Source: a virus (Duplodnaviria > Caudoviricetes). From it: DNA of 64,000 bases. The position numbers and the translations under genes were made by a program. Numbering within the stretch: the stretch's first letter is position 1; each line of letters opens with the position of its first letter. Location of the stretch: positions 258,519 to 322,518 of the IMG/VR virus record IMGVR_UViG_3300015050_001523; one strand, given 5' to 3'. Of the stretch, positions 36,728-46,096 are shown piece by piece. The notes under the pieces are model-generated. The model did not search any database. It was not told the origin of the DNA and saw nothing but the letters and a program-made list of their open reading frames with translations.

Positions 36728-37936
36728 ATGACTACGCAAAAAGAAATGACCAATCAACCGATTGGAAATAGAATTCTGTCTGGATATGAAGGAGCCAATG
36801 TCCCTGAAGATTTTAAAATTCCATCTTTAGGAATTGAAGATGTAGACGGAGCAATGTTTAATCTTTTTGATAAAGACAATCAAATCTATATTGTCTCACG
36901 TGACGATGAAAGCATTAATCAATTTGAAAAAAAGGTTCCTGTTGTTTTTGCAACTGGAGAACGATTTGCATTAAGAGAAAGAAGGAATCCAATTAGAGAC
37001 AAGAGCGGAGCACTTGTTCTTCCAATTATCTCAATAAGAAGAACCGGAATTAACCAAGCAAAAGAAAATATGGGAAGTGCTATTGGTCAAGATACTGGTG
37101 ATTTTGTAATTAAAAAAAGACTTTCTTCAAGAGATCCAAAATATCAAAATGCAATAAATAAACTTGGATTAAAAAACCAAGAGAATGTTTCATCTAGAAA
37201 TAATTTTCTAGACAATGCAAATCAAATAGGGGCACTACCGGGAACTCTTGCCTCAAGAAGACAATCATTTAATAAGACATCGGACGGATTGCTTCAAAAT
37301 GCAAAAACAACACAAAATATAACTGAAATTATTACAATACCCTTTCCTATTCGATATTCTGTTAAATATGAAGTAACTTTTTGGACAAGTTTTCAAACCC
37401 ATATGAATCAAATGATTGAAAAAGTTATGACAAATTATGATGGGCAAGGAAGAACATATAAATTAACAACGGCTAAAGGTTATTATTTTGTTGCATATTT
37501 TGGAGACGAAATAGAAACACAAGATAATTTTGAAGAATTTACAGATGACGAAAGGGTCCATAAATATGTTTTTAATGTAGAAGTAACTGCTTATATGTTG
37601 GCAAATTTGAATGGTGGAGATATGGTTCCTTTTCGTCGTTATTTATCGGCTCCTCAAGTTTCTTTTGGAATACTTGAAGGTGACTTAGAACAATTAAGAG
37701 ATCAGGGGACAGCCCCAACAGGGAAACCTGACAATTTTTTATTAGATAATATTGAGAATTTAGATAATAGAGGTAGGCCAATTAAAAGACTAGAAGACGT
37801 ATTTGAAAGAACTGTTATTGTAGATCCATTTTCTGGAAAAGATGAAAGAGCTTTTGTGAGAATTCAAAGAAGAAACGCAAGAGCGGGAGAAACTACAATA
37901 AGCTCGCGGAGGCTATTGGATATTGAAATTCCATAA
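36728..37936 (+). CDS. Tail sheath stabiliser/completion protein (gp15-like)
   Basis: KVPVVFATGERF, LVLPIISIRRTG, PIRYSVKYEVTFWT..QTHMNQMIE. Directly precedes the sheaths. Confidence 0.7.
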   Translation: MTTQKEMTNQPIGNRILSGYEGANVPEDFKIPSLGIEDVDGAMFNLFDKDNQIYIVSRDDESINQFEKKVPVVFATGERFALRERRNPIRDKSGALVLPIISIRRTGINQAKENMGSAIGQDTGDFVIKKRLSSRDPKYQNAINKLGLKNQENVSSRNNFLDNANQIGALPGTLASRRQSFNKTSDGLLQNAKTTQNITEIITIPFPIRYSVKYEVTFWTSFQTHMNQMIEKVMTNYDGQGRTYKLTTAKGYYFVAYFGDEIETQDNFEEFTDDERVHKYVFNVEVTAYMLANLNGGDMVPFRRYLSAPQVSFGILEGDLEQLRDQGTAPTGKPDNFLLDNIENLDNRGRPIKRLEDVFERTVIVDPFSGKDERAFVRIQRRNARAGETTISSRRLLDIEIP

Positions 37937-37979
37937 AAGAGCCTTTGTAGTAAAAATATGTTTTTGATTATATGGTCAC

Positions 37980-37995
37980 TACTTATTTATAGTTA
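37980..37995 (+). promoter_or_regulatory. Cluster of three TAnTTA putative late-promoter motifs before sheath 1
   Basis: TACTTA 37980-37985, TATTTA 37984-37989, TAGTTA 37990-37995. Confidence 0.55.
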
Positions 37996-38032
37996 ATCAC
38001 CCCTTTTATTGTAGGCAAGGAGAACAAACAGA

Positions 38033-41000
38033 ATGGTCAAGGCTAAAGAGCAAACATTCAGAAGTGCAGGATTTTTTGATCGAGAAATCGATTTAACAGC
38101 GCGTCAAGAAGGCCCAACGGGGGTGCCAGCAGGCATCATTGGTACAGCCCTAAAAGGACCCGCATTCGTACCAGTGACATTAGGATCTTTCGCAGATTTT
38201 GAGTCACGGCTTGGAACATTAGATTCCAAACACCCAGGAACATATGCTGCCCAAAGGTGGCTTGATAATCGATCTGCTTTATCATATATTCGTGTTCTTG
38301 GAGCTGGAGCCAATGATACAACAGATGACATTGAAAAAACTCGTTTAACTGACCAAGTTAAGAGTGCAGGATTTGTTGTAACTGGAACTGTAGCAGCTGG
38401 AACAAATAAAAAAGTTGGCTCTGTTCAATTTTTAGTTGCGAAACATGAAGTGCAAACAAATGAAGCAATAGGAATGCCTGTTTTCACCGATAACGATAGT
38501 TATTTGGCAACAGCAGCTTCTGACAACGCATTTGTTGTTCGAGCAATGATATTTAATACAAGTGGTTCTAGATTTATGGTTCTAAATGGAGACGAAGCTG
38601 CTCCATCAACTTGGAACGACATTGACGATCTTGCGACCATAAACGCACAGAGTAATTTTAAACTTGTTTTAAGTAGTACTCTTGGAGCAACTGTATTTAC
38701 AGCATCTTTCAATCCAAGTTCTGAAAATTATATTGGAAAGATTTTAAATAAAAATCCTGAAAGATTTCCTGAGAAACAACATCTTCTTTATCTTGATTTT
38801 GCTGTTGACGATGAGATTGCCACAATCTCAACGGATGCAGGTTCTGTTGCAATTTTGTCTGGTTCTCACTTGACTTCAAATGATTCAGGTGATGCCGCTA
38901 TGACATTCTCTGACGCTTTTGGTCATTTTGATACAAGATTCTCATCTGCAAAAACAACTAGCTTTATTTCGCAACCATTTGGTGCGACAGAATTTGATTT
39001 GTTCCATTTTGAAGCATTAGATGATGGAGCTTATCCAAATGAGAAGTTTAAGATTTCTATTGCAGATATTCGCGCAAGCACAGACCCAGGAAATCCATTT
39101 GGATCATTTACTGTACAAGTAAGAAATTGGGAAGACACAGATCAAGATCCTCAAATTATTGAAAGATTTCCTGGATGTAGTTTAGACCCTCGTTCAGATG
39201 AATATGTTGCTCGTCGTATTGGCGATCGAAAAATAAAATACATGTTTGATGCAGACTCTGATGATGAGCGTCGACTTGTTGATGAAGGCCGCTATAATAA
39301 TCGTTCTTCAGTAGTAAGAATTGTTATGAATGAAGCAGTTGAAAGACGGCTCATTCCTGCCAAATCTTTGCCATTTGGATTCAGAGGATTTGGAGGATTA
39401 AAAACAAATGATCTTCTTACTGATGCAACACCAGCAATAACTCAAGCAAGAATTGGAGGTTCAGGTTCAATTGCTCCTCTTTCTGGTTCAATTATTCCTC
39501 CTCTTCCATATCGATTCAAGGTTACTCGTGGAAGCATTTCTACAACAGGTTTCGCAGGAAATCCTGGGGTTTCAGAAGAAGTAGATGGTAGATTGTATTG
39601 GGGTGCAAAACTTGAAAGAAATACATCTCCATTGAATAGTAATACAACACAAGCAAAAAATAATCTTGCTGTTGCATATTCTAAATTCCACGGACTTCGC
39701 GGATTGGACATGTTAGTAACTGGTTCTGAAGCTGATTCTTTCAATGAAGGAAAATTCACATTGGCCCGTGTTGCATTTAGCAACACAAGCACAGCCCACC
39801 TTACTGGTACTGCTGCTGAGCACATGCGAGAAGCGGCCTATATTAGAAATGCAAATCCTGATGCAACACAATATAAAGTTTCTGATGGAGTTTTAAGTGG
39901 AAGAATTACTCTTGGAACATTAGTAAGTCTTACTTCTTCTGTTGATTTCAATAGATTCCAAACATTCAATAAATTCACAAATATTTTGATGGGAGGATTT
40001 GACGGAACAAACATTCTTGACAAAAACTCTTCAAGATTTAGCGATAAGGCATCGTCAAGTGATACTGGCGGGGCTGCCGAAGAATCATATTTAGCTCCTG
40101 GATTGGCATACAATCCAGCAGGTTCTGGAAAAGAAAATAATGCAGTATTCTCTTATAAAACAGCTGCTAGAATATTTACAGATCCATTTACATTGTCTGC
40201 AAATGGAGCACAAGTTCCTTCTGTAAATATTTTAGCAATCCCAGGGATTAAGGATAGTTTCATTACGGACTATGTTGCTACAAAGACCAAAGAATTTGCA
40301 TTGGCACTTTATGTCATGGACATTCCAAGCTATGACGATACAGGTGTTCGTTTATTCGGAGACGAAGAAGGAACACGCCCAGATGTTCGAAAAACAGCAG
40401 AAAATTTTGATAGTCGAGCAATTGACAACAATTATTCAGCAGTTTACTTCCCAGATATTTTTGTAGAAGATGAAATAAATAATAAAGTTGTAAAATGTGC
40501 TGCTTCTGTTGCTGCCATTGCTGCCCTTGGATTCAACGATCGAGTTGGATTCCCATGGTTTGCACCCGCTGGATTTAATAGAGGTTCATTAAGCTTTGTT
40601 AGAAATCTAGATGTTAGATTAACAACATCGGATCGTGATGCCCTTTATGACGCAAGAATAAATCCTATTGCAAACTTTCCAAATAGCGGATTTGTTATTT
40701 TTGGACAAAAGAGTTTGCAGCTTGCAAGAACAGCGCTTGACCGCGTAAACATTCGTCGACTTCTTATTGAAATCAAAAGAATTGTTTCTAGAATTGCAAG
40801 AAATCTTGTATTTGAACAAAATACTCCAGACACAAGAGCAAGATTTGTAAATCAAGTTGTTCCTCAACTTGGGTTGATTCAAACCCAGGCTGGAATTGAA
40901 AGATTTGATGTTATTATGGATAATAGAAATAATAGCCAAGAAGATGTTGAGCAAAATAAATTAAATGGTCGAATTGTCATTGTTCCAACAAGAACAGTCG

Positions 41001-41050
41001 AATTTATTGCGGTTGACTTCGTAATTACTAATGCTGGAGTAATATTCTAA
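38033..41050 (+). CDS. Tail sheath protein 1 (gp18-like)
   Basis: FRSAGFFDREIDL, GPAFVP, VNILAIPG, PWFAPAGFNRG, RINPIANFP, IFGQKSLQ..TALDRVNIRRLL, IVPTRTVEFI. Confidence 0.93.
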   Translation: MVKAKEQTFRSAGFFDREIDLTARQEGPTGVPAGIIGTALKGPAFVPVTLGSFADFESRLGTLDSKHPGTYAAQRWLDNRSALSYIRVLGAGANDTTDDIEKTRLTDQVKSAGFVVTGTVAAGTNKKVGSVQFLVAKHEVQTNEAIGMPVFTDNDSYLATAASDNAFVVRAMIFNTSGSRFMVLNGDEAAPSTWNDIDDLATINAQSNFKLVLSSTLGATVFTASFNPSSENYIGKILNKNPERFPEKQHLLYLDFAVDDEIATISTDAGSVAILSGSHLTSNDSGDAAMTFSDAFGHFDTRFSSAKTTSFISQPFGATEFDLFHFEALDDGAYPNEKFKISIADIRASTDPGNPFGSFTVQVRNWEDTDQDPQIIERFPGCSLDPRSDEYVARRIGDRKIKYMFDADSDDERRLVDEGRYNNRSSVVRIVMNEAVERRLIPAKSLPFGFRGFGGLKTNDLLTDATPAITQARIGGSGSIAPLSGSIIPPLPYRFKVTRGSISTTGFAGNPGVSEEVDGRLYWGAKLERNTSPLNSNTTQAKNNLAVAYSKFHGLRGLDMLVTGSEADSFNEGKFTLARVAFSNTSTAHLTGTAAEHMREAAYIRNANPDATQYKVSDGVLSGRITLGTLVSLTSSVDFNRFQTFNKFTNILMGGFDGTNILDKNSSRFSDKASSSDTGGAAEESYLAPGLAYNPAGSGKENNAVFSYKTAARIFTDPFTLSANGAQVPSVNILAIPGIKDSFITDYVATKTKEFALALYVMDIPSYDDTGVRLFGDEEGTRPDVRKTAENFDSRAIDNNYSAVYFPDIFVEDEINNKVVKCAASVAAIAALGFNDRVGFPWFAPAGFNRGSLSFVRNLDVRLTTSDRDALYDARINPIANFPNSGFVIFGQKSLQLARTALDRVNIRRLLIEIKRIVSRIARNLVFEQNTPDTRARFVNQVVPQLGLIQTQAGIERFDVIMDNRNNSQEDVEQNKLNGRIVIVPTRTVEFIAVDFVITNAGVIF

Positions 41051-41096
41051 TAACGCGTTTTCTACATTTGATGAGTATTTACATTAGGAGAATATA

Positions 41097-44000
41097 ATGA
41101 CAGAATTGACATTCAAAAGCGCTGGCGTTAGTGCAACCGAGATAGACTTATCAGGGCCATCAGTTAGTGGGCCTACTGGCACACCTGCTGGTATTATTGG
41201 CACATCTACACGTGGACCTGCCTTTGTTCCAATTACTGTTGGAAATATTCAAAATTACCAAGCAATGTTCGGAGCATCTGATGGGGAAAAATTTGGTCCA
41301 TTAGCTGCTGGGGAATGGTTGGCAAATGCAACTTCATTAACATATCTTAGAGTTCTTGGGGTTGGAAGAGGAGAAAAAAGACTTACAACAGGAGATAATG
41401 CAGGAAGCGTTGCTTCTGCTGGATTTGTAGTCGGAGAGCAACAACCAAGAGATAATGGAAATTTTGGAGATAATTCATATGCAGTTTCAAATGGATCTCC
41501 TGGACGACTTTATTTTCTAGGTTGTTTCATGTCAGAATCTGCTGGCTCGGACGTATTTTCTGCTGCGGGAATTCAAGGTGGAACAAAGTCCCATCCAATG
41601 ATTCGTGGAATCATTATGGCGGCTTCTGGGGTTATTCCTCGCCTGTCATCTTCGATGAGCGCTTCAGCTGCTCCAAGCACAAGCCTTTCGGCAATTGCTG
41701 GCGCCCACAACTTACAAGGAAATATGACAGGTTCTGTTGTTCTTCTTGACGGAGCAACAGCAAAACAAGAATTCGTAATTCTTCTAAATGGACATAAAGA
41801 AGAAGACCCAGGATTTCCAAATGTAATTACAGCATCCTTTGATCAAAGTGCTCCAAATTATTTTGCAAATATCTTAAATCAAGATCCTTTCAATCTTGAA
41901 AAGGCAGGCTATTTCCTTCATAGCGATTATGGAATTCATTCTTCTATCGCTGCTGTTACAGGAGTTGGCCTTATTGTTGCTGCATCAGGTGCTGGTGCAG
42001 GTGGCGCAGGCAAAGAGGAAATTGCATTCCTTTCAACCTCTTCATTAGCAAGAAATCTTGGCTCTGCAACTGTTCCAAATTATGAAAACTGGGAAGACAG
42101 ATTTAGTGCTCCAAAGAGCCCATATGTAATTTCTCAAAAGTTTGGAGGTTCTCCAAAAGACTTATTTAGAATTTATGGATTATCTGATGGAGAATCAGAT
42201 GCTCAGCGTTACAAGATCTCAATTGAAAATATAGCTCCTTCTTCTTCCGAAGAAAATTTATTTGGAACATTCGATCTTATTATTCGAGATATCGATGATA
42301 CAGATGATGAAAAAATTGTTCTTGAAAGCTATCGTGGAGTTTCATTAAATCCATCTGCTGAAAGATTTATTGCAAGAGCTGTTGGAGATCAAAGAATATA
42401 CTTTGATTTTGACAAAACAACTTCTTCGCAAAAAATTGTTGTTGAAGGAAATTACCCAAATATTTCTTCAAGAATTAGAGTAGAAGTAACAAATGAAGTG
42501 CTTAATGGAGACATTGAGCCAGAAGCATTACCTACAGGATTTAGAGGAAAATACCATCTTGTTACTTCTGGAACTGCACCATTGGCAGCAATAACAGCTC
42601 CTTATTTATCTGATGCAGATGCATTAAAACGAGCGGTTGAAATTCCTGTTCCATTCAGAAAAAATCTTGCAATAGGAGTTGACCCTAAAAAAGTTGCAAA
42701 TCGTAATCTTTATTGGGGAGTTCAATTTGAAAAGAATGTTTCTGCTACAGAGCCAAACAAAAGCAACGAACAAGAAACAACTGTAAGAAGCTTTACAAAA
42801 TATATTCCTGGATTTATGACCGTAAATCAAAATATGGTTGTTGGAGACAATGCAGGAGTTTCTGACACTACTGCAAATGGAATTCTTGATGCAGATAGAT
42901 TCAATAACAATCAATTCTCTCTTGAGAAGATTCAGGTTGTTACAGGTTCAAATGGAAAAGCAGACTTAAAAACAATTGAACAATGGTCATATGTTCGACA
43001 AGGAAATATTGTTGCGAATGAAACAAATAAAACAAGAGCGTTTAGTTTGTCAACTGACTTAAGTGTTCTTGGAGTTAGATCATTGGCCAAATTCTCATTC
43101 TTCTTACAGGGAGGATTTGATGGAACAAATATTTTCAATAGAAATGAAAAAGACCTCAACAATCGTGCTATTGTTGAAGAAATGAACTTTGTTGCTCGTG
43201 GTCAAGATAATGGACCAACTGTCAAAACTTATCGTAAAGCACTAGATTTGATGGGAATAACATCTGAAGTAGATATTAATGTTCTTGCAATTCCTGGAAT
43301 TAGACATTCAATAATTACTGATGCTGCAATAAATACTGTTGAATCAAGATTTGATGCCATTTATATTATGGATATTGAAGAAAGAGATACAGTTAACACT
43401 GTGGTTACTTCTTCACTTCAAAGTATAAATGTTCAAAATACTGTAAACTCATTTGCTTCAAGGGCACTTAATTCAAGTTTTGCGGCTGCATACTTCCCAG
43501 ATCTTGTAATCTTGGATCCTGCAACAAATACCAAAGTCAAGGTTCCACCTTCAGTTGGTGTTATTGGCGCTTATGCATTGAATGATGCTATTGCATTCCC
43601 ATGGTTCGCTCCTGCTGGTTTTACTCGTGGAGTAATGGCACGAGTAAGTGCTTCAGCAGTTGCACTAAATAGAGCAAATATTGATGACCTCTATGAAGTA
43701 GATGTCAATCCTATCACAGCTTTTCCAGGAGGTCCTGGTGTTGTTGTTTGGGGACAAAAAACATTACTTGCTACACAAAGTGCCCTTGACAGAATCAATG
43801 TACGTCGACTTCTTTTGGAGCTTCGTCGCCGAATCCGTCGTGTAGCTGATGGGTTCTTATTTGAACCGAATCGTGAAGATACTTTGAATAGATTTGCTTC
43901 AAGAGTAAATCCAATTCTAAATAGAGTACAGGAACAATCAGGACTTGATCGATTCAAAGTAAAAATTGATACAACAACAACAACACAAGCAGATGTTGAA

Positions 44001-44099
44001 AATAACACAATTCGTGGAATTATTTACGTTCAACCTACAAGAACTGTAGAGTTTGTAGGACTTGACTTCGTTGTTTCAAATAATGGAGTTCAGATTTAA
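41097..44099 (+). CDS. Tail sheath protein 2 (gp18-like paralogue)
   Basis: FKSAGVSATEIDL, GPAFVP, INVLAIPG, PWFAPAGFTRG, VNPITAFP, WGQKTL..SALDRINVRRLL, VQPTRTVEFV. Confidence 0.93.
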   Translation: MTELTFKSAGVSATEIDLSGPSVSGPTGTPAGIIGTSTRGPAFVPITVGNIQNYQAMFGASDGEKFGPLAAGEWLANATSLTYLRVLGVGRGEKRLTTGDNAGSVASAGFVVGEQQPRDNGNFGDNSYAVSNGSPGRLYFLGCFMSESAGSDVFSAAGIQGGTKSHPMIRGIIMAASGVIPRLSSSMSASAAPSTSLSAIAGAHNLQGNMTGSVVLLDGATAKQEFVILLNGHKEEDPGFPNVITASFDQSAPNYFANILNQDPFNLEKAGYFLHSDYGIHSSIAAVTGVGLIVAASGAGAGGAGKEEIAFLSTSSLARNLGSATVPNYENWEDRFSAPKSPYVISQKFGGSPKDLFRIYGLSDGESDAQRYKISIENIAPSSSEENLFGTFDLIIRDIDDTDDEKIVLESYRGVSLNPSAERFIARAVGDQRIYFDFDKTTSSQKIVVEGNYPNISSRIRVEVTNEVLNGDIEPEALPTGFRGKYHLVTSGTAPLAAITAPYLSDADALKRAVEIPVPFRKNLAIGVDPKKVANRNLYWGVQFEKNVSATEPNKSNEQETTVRSFTKYIPGFMTVNQNMVVGDNAGVSDTTANGILDADRFNNNQFSLEKIQVVTGSNGKADLKTIEQWSYVRQGNIVANETNKTRAFSLSTDLSVLGVRSLAKFSFFLQGGFDGTNIFNRNEKDLNNRAIVEEMNFVARGQDNGPTVKTYRKALDLMGITSEVDINVLAIPGIRHSIITDAAINTVESRFDAIYIMDIEERDTVNTVVTSSLQSINVQNTVNSFASRALNSSFAAAYFPDLVILDPATNTKVKVPPSVGVIGAYALNDAIAFPWFAPAGFTRGVMARVSASAVALNRANIDDLYEVDVNPITAFPGGPGVVVWGQKTLLATQSALDRINVRRLLLELRRRIRRVADGFLFEPNREDTLNRFASRVNPILNRVQEQSGLDRFKVKIDTTTTTQADVENNTIRGIIYVQPTRTVEFVGLDFVVSNNGVQI

Positions 44100-44149
44100 A
44101 GTAGATAGTTTTTTGAGCTAAGAGATATATAGAATTATAGGAGATTATT

Positions 44150-44638
44150 ATGGCAGAAATTTTAGAAGTCCAAGACATGTTGGCAAACACATTTGAGCCA
44201 AAACGAAAATTTCGTTGGTTTTTGGCTATCGAGGGTATAGATGCCTTTCTTCTTAAAAGCGCAGCTCGACCAAAATTCGCAACTGAACCAATTGAAATGC
44301 ACTATATCAATGCAACAAGATATCTTGCTTCAAAATATAAATTTGAATCAATGGAAATAGCACTTCATGATGCTATTGCTCCATCCGGCGCCCAACAGGT
44401 TATGGAATGGATTCGATTGGGCCATGAACACGTTACTCAACGTGGTGGTTATGCAGATTTCTATAAAAGAGACATTCAGTTAAAAATGCTTGATCCTCTT
44501 GGTGCTGTTGTTGAATTATGGGATATCAAAGGCGCCTTCATTGAATCCGCCGACTTTGGTGAGCTTGGATACGATAATATGGAAAGTGCAGACATTACAA
44601 TTTCAATTAAATTTGACTTAGCAGTTTTGCAATACTAA
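44150..44638 (+). CDS. Tail tube protein (gp19-like)
   Basis: FEPKRKFRW, LHDAIAPSGAQQVMEW, YKRDIQLKMLDPLGAVVELWDIKGAF..ADFGELGY. Confidence 0.9.
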   Translation: MAEILEVQDMLANTFEPKRKFRWFLAIEGIDAFLLKSAARPKFATEPIEMHYINATRYLASKYKFESMEIALHDAIAPSGAQQVMEWIRLGHEHVTQRGGYADFYKRDIQLKMLDPLGAVVELWDIKGAFIESADFGELGYDNMESADITISIKFDLAVLQY

Positions 44639-44665
44639 CGCTCGTCTTCGTTCTTGCCTCTTTAC

Positions 44666-44699
44666 AATGGCCTCTTTTTTAGAAAGAGGCCATTTATTT
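44666..44699 (+). terminator. Terminator-like hairpin after the tube gene
   Basis: 12-bp perfect stem AATGGCCTCTTT (44666-44677) / AAAGAGGCCATT (44683-44694), followed by an AT-rich tail. Confidence 0.7.
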
Positions 44700-44831
44700 A
44701 TAACAAGTTTATAAACATTTCCAATAAATTGAGATAGCATATATTTACTCTTTGCTAAATGCACTTTAACAAAGCGCGTAGCTTGTTCTATTATAAAGAA
44801 GACAAGTTATTTAGCAGGACTCAAAATTAAT

Positions 44832-45680
44832 ATGTCAGATATTCAATATACACAAAATATACAAGACGCAACAAGAGAACAAAGAAATGCTGTTTTTGGA
44901 CAACCAGCAACAGGTGGACAGATGTTTATTGATGATGTTCCAAATGAAACTGTTCCATTGCCATCAAATGGAAAAATTTATTCAGATAAATCAAGTTTAT
45001 ATAATCGAGAAACAGTTGATATTCGAGTAATGACAGCACGAGAAGAAGATATCTTGACTTCTCGTGCCCTAATAAAGAAAGGCACAGTTATTACAGAGCT
45101 TATTAAAAGCTGTCTAATGGACAAATCAATTGATGTCCAAGATATGGTTTCTGGTGACCGAAATGCAATCATGGTAGCTTTGAGAATCACAGGTTATGGT
45201 GCAAAGTATTCAGCAGAGATTCAATGCTCTTCCTGTGAGCACACTTACGAAAATGATTTTAATCTTGGTGCTCTTCCTGTTAAAAGATTGACAATTGAGC
45301 CAGTCAGACCAGGTGAAAACCTTTTTGAATTTAAATTACCAATAACAGGACATACTGTTTTGTTTAAATTTTTGACAGGCCGAGATGAAGAGAATATTAA
45401 TGTTATTCAAGAAAAAATGAAGAAACTTGGTTCAATTCAAGATTCTTATGTAACTACAAGATTAAAACACTGCATTGTTCAAGTTGGAGATATTACTTCA
45501 AAACCAGATATTACAAGATTTGTTGAAAGAATGCGAGCAGGAGACTCCAAGGCGTTGAGAAGCTATATTGATAAACATGAGCCAGGAATGATAATGAAAC
45601 AAGAATCTTCATGCCCAGCCTGTGGAAATGAAGAGGAGGTGAGTATGCCCCTTGGTGCGGGCTTTTTTTGGCCTGAGTGA
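44832..45680 (+). CDS. Baseplate hub assembly / tail assembly chaperone (gp26-like)
   Basis: VPLPSNG, MTAREEDIL, GDRNAIMVALRITGYG, two CxxC pairs, ends FFWPE. Lies between tube and tape measure. Confidence 0.8.
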   Translation: MSDIQYTQNIQDATREQRNAVFGQPATGGQMFIDDVPNETVPLPSNGKIYSDKSSLYNRETVDIRVMTAREEDILTSRALIKKGTVITELIKSCLMDKSIDVQDMVSGDRNAIMVALRITGYGAKYSAEIQCSSCEHTYENDFNLGALPVKRLTIEPVRPGENLFEFKLPITGHTVLFKFLTGRDEENINVIQEKMKKLGSIQDSYVTTRLKHCIVQVGDITSKPDITRFVERMRAGDSKALRSYIDKHEPGMIMKQESSCPACGNEEEVSMPLGAGFFWPE

Positions 45681-46029
45681 TAAAACAATATATAATAAAG
45701 AAATTTTTCTTTTAATGTATTATGGTGGATTTACTTATCATGAAGCAAGATTTTTGCCAATTAATTTAAGAAGATTTTTTATTAATGAAATTTCAAAAGA
45801 ATTAAAACGTCAAAATGGAAAATCTGACGATGAAGATAATAAACAATTATCTAAACAAGATAAAGAATTCTTAAAGGGAAGACTGAAGGCAGCAAATCCT
45901 GAAGCTTATAAGTCACCTGAAATAAGAGAATCAAAGGCTCCTCATCATAATACACCAGAGATAAGAGCTGCACAAAACAAAGAAAGAACAAATGTTCCAA
46001 CGCGTTTATTAAGATTCGGTGGACCGTAA
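45652..46029 (+). CDS. Second tail assembly chaperone ORF (gp51/T-like), possibly expressed by frameshift
   Basis: EIFLLMYYGGFTYHEARFLPINLRRFFINEI. Overlaps the upstream ORF at a T7 run. No SD before its first ATG (45715). Confidence 0.65.
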   Translation: MVRAFFGLSDKTIYNKEIFLLMYYGGFTYHEARFLPINLRRFFINEISKELKRQNGKSDDEDNKQLSKQDKEFLKGRLKAANPEAYKSPEIRESKAPHHNTPEIRAAQNKERTNVPTRLLRFGGP

Positions 46030-46031
46030 CA

Positions 46032-46083
46032 TAAAGCTCCTGCCATTTTCTTGATTTAGAAGATATTTATGGCAGGAGCTTTA
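46032..46083 (+). promoter_or_regulatory. 15-bp perfect inverted repeat before the tape measure gene
   Basis: TAAAGCTCCTGCCAT (46032-46046) / ATGGCAGGAGCTTTA (46069-46083). TATTTA at 46064-46069 and AGGAG in the 3' arm. Confidence 0.7.
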
Positions 46084-46096
46084 ACTTTAACTCATT

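Noticed and set aside
44639-44831. tRNA or known riboswitch in the tube-chaperone gap
   Set aside because: No cloverleaf, T-loop or D-loop consensus, and no purine-riboswitch junction residues.
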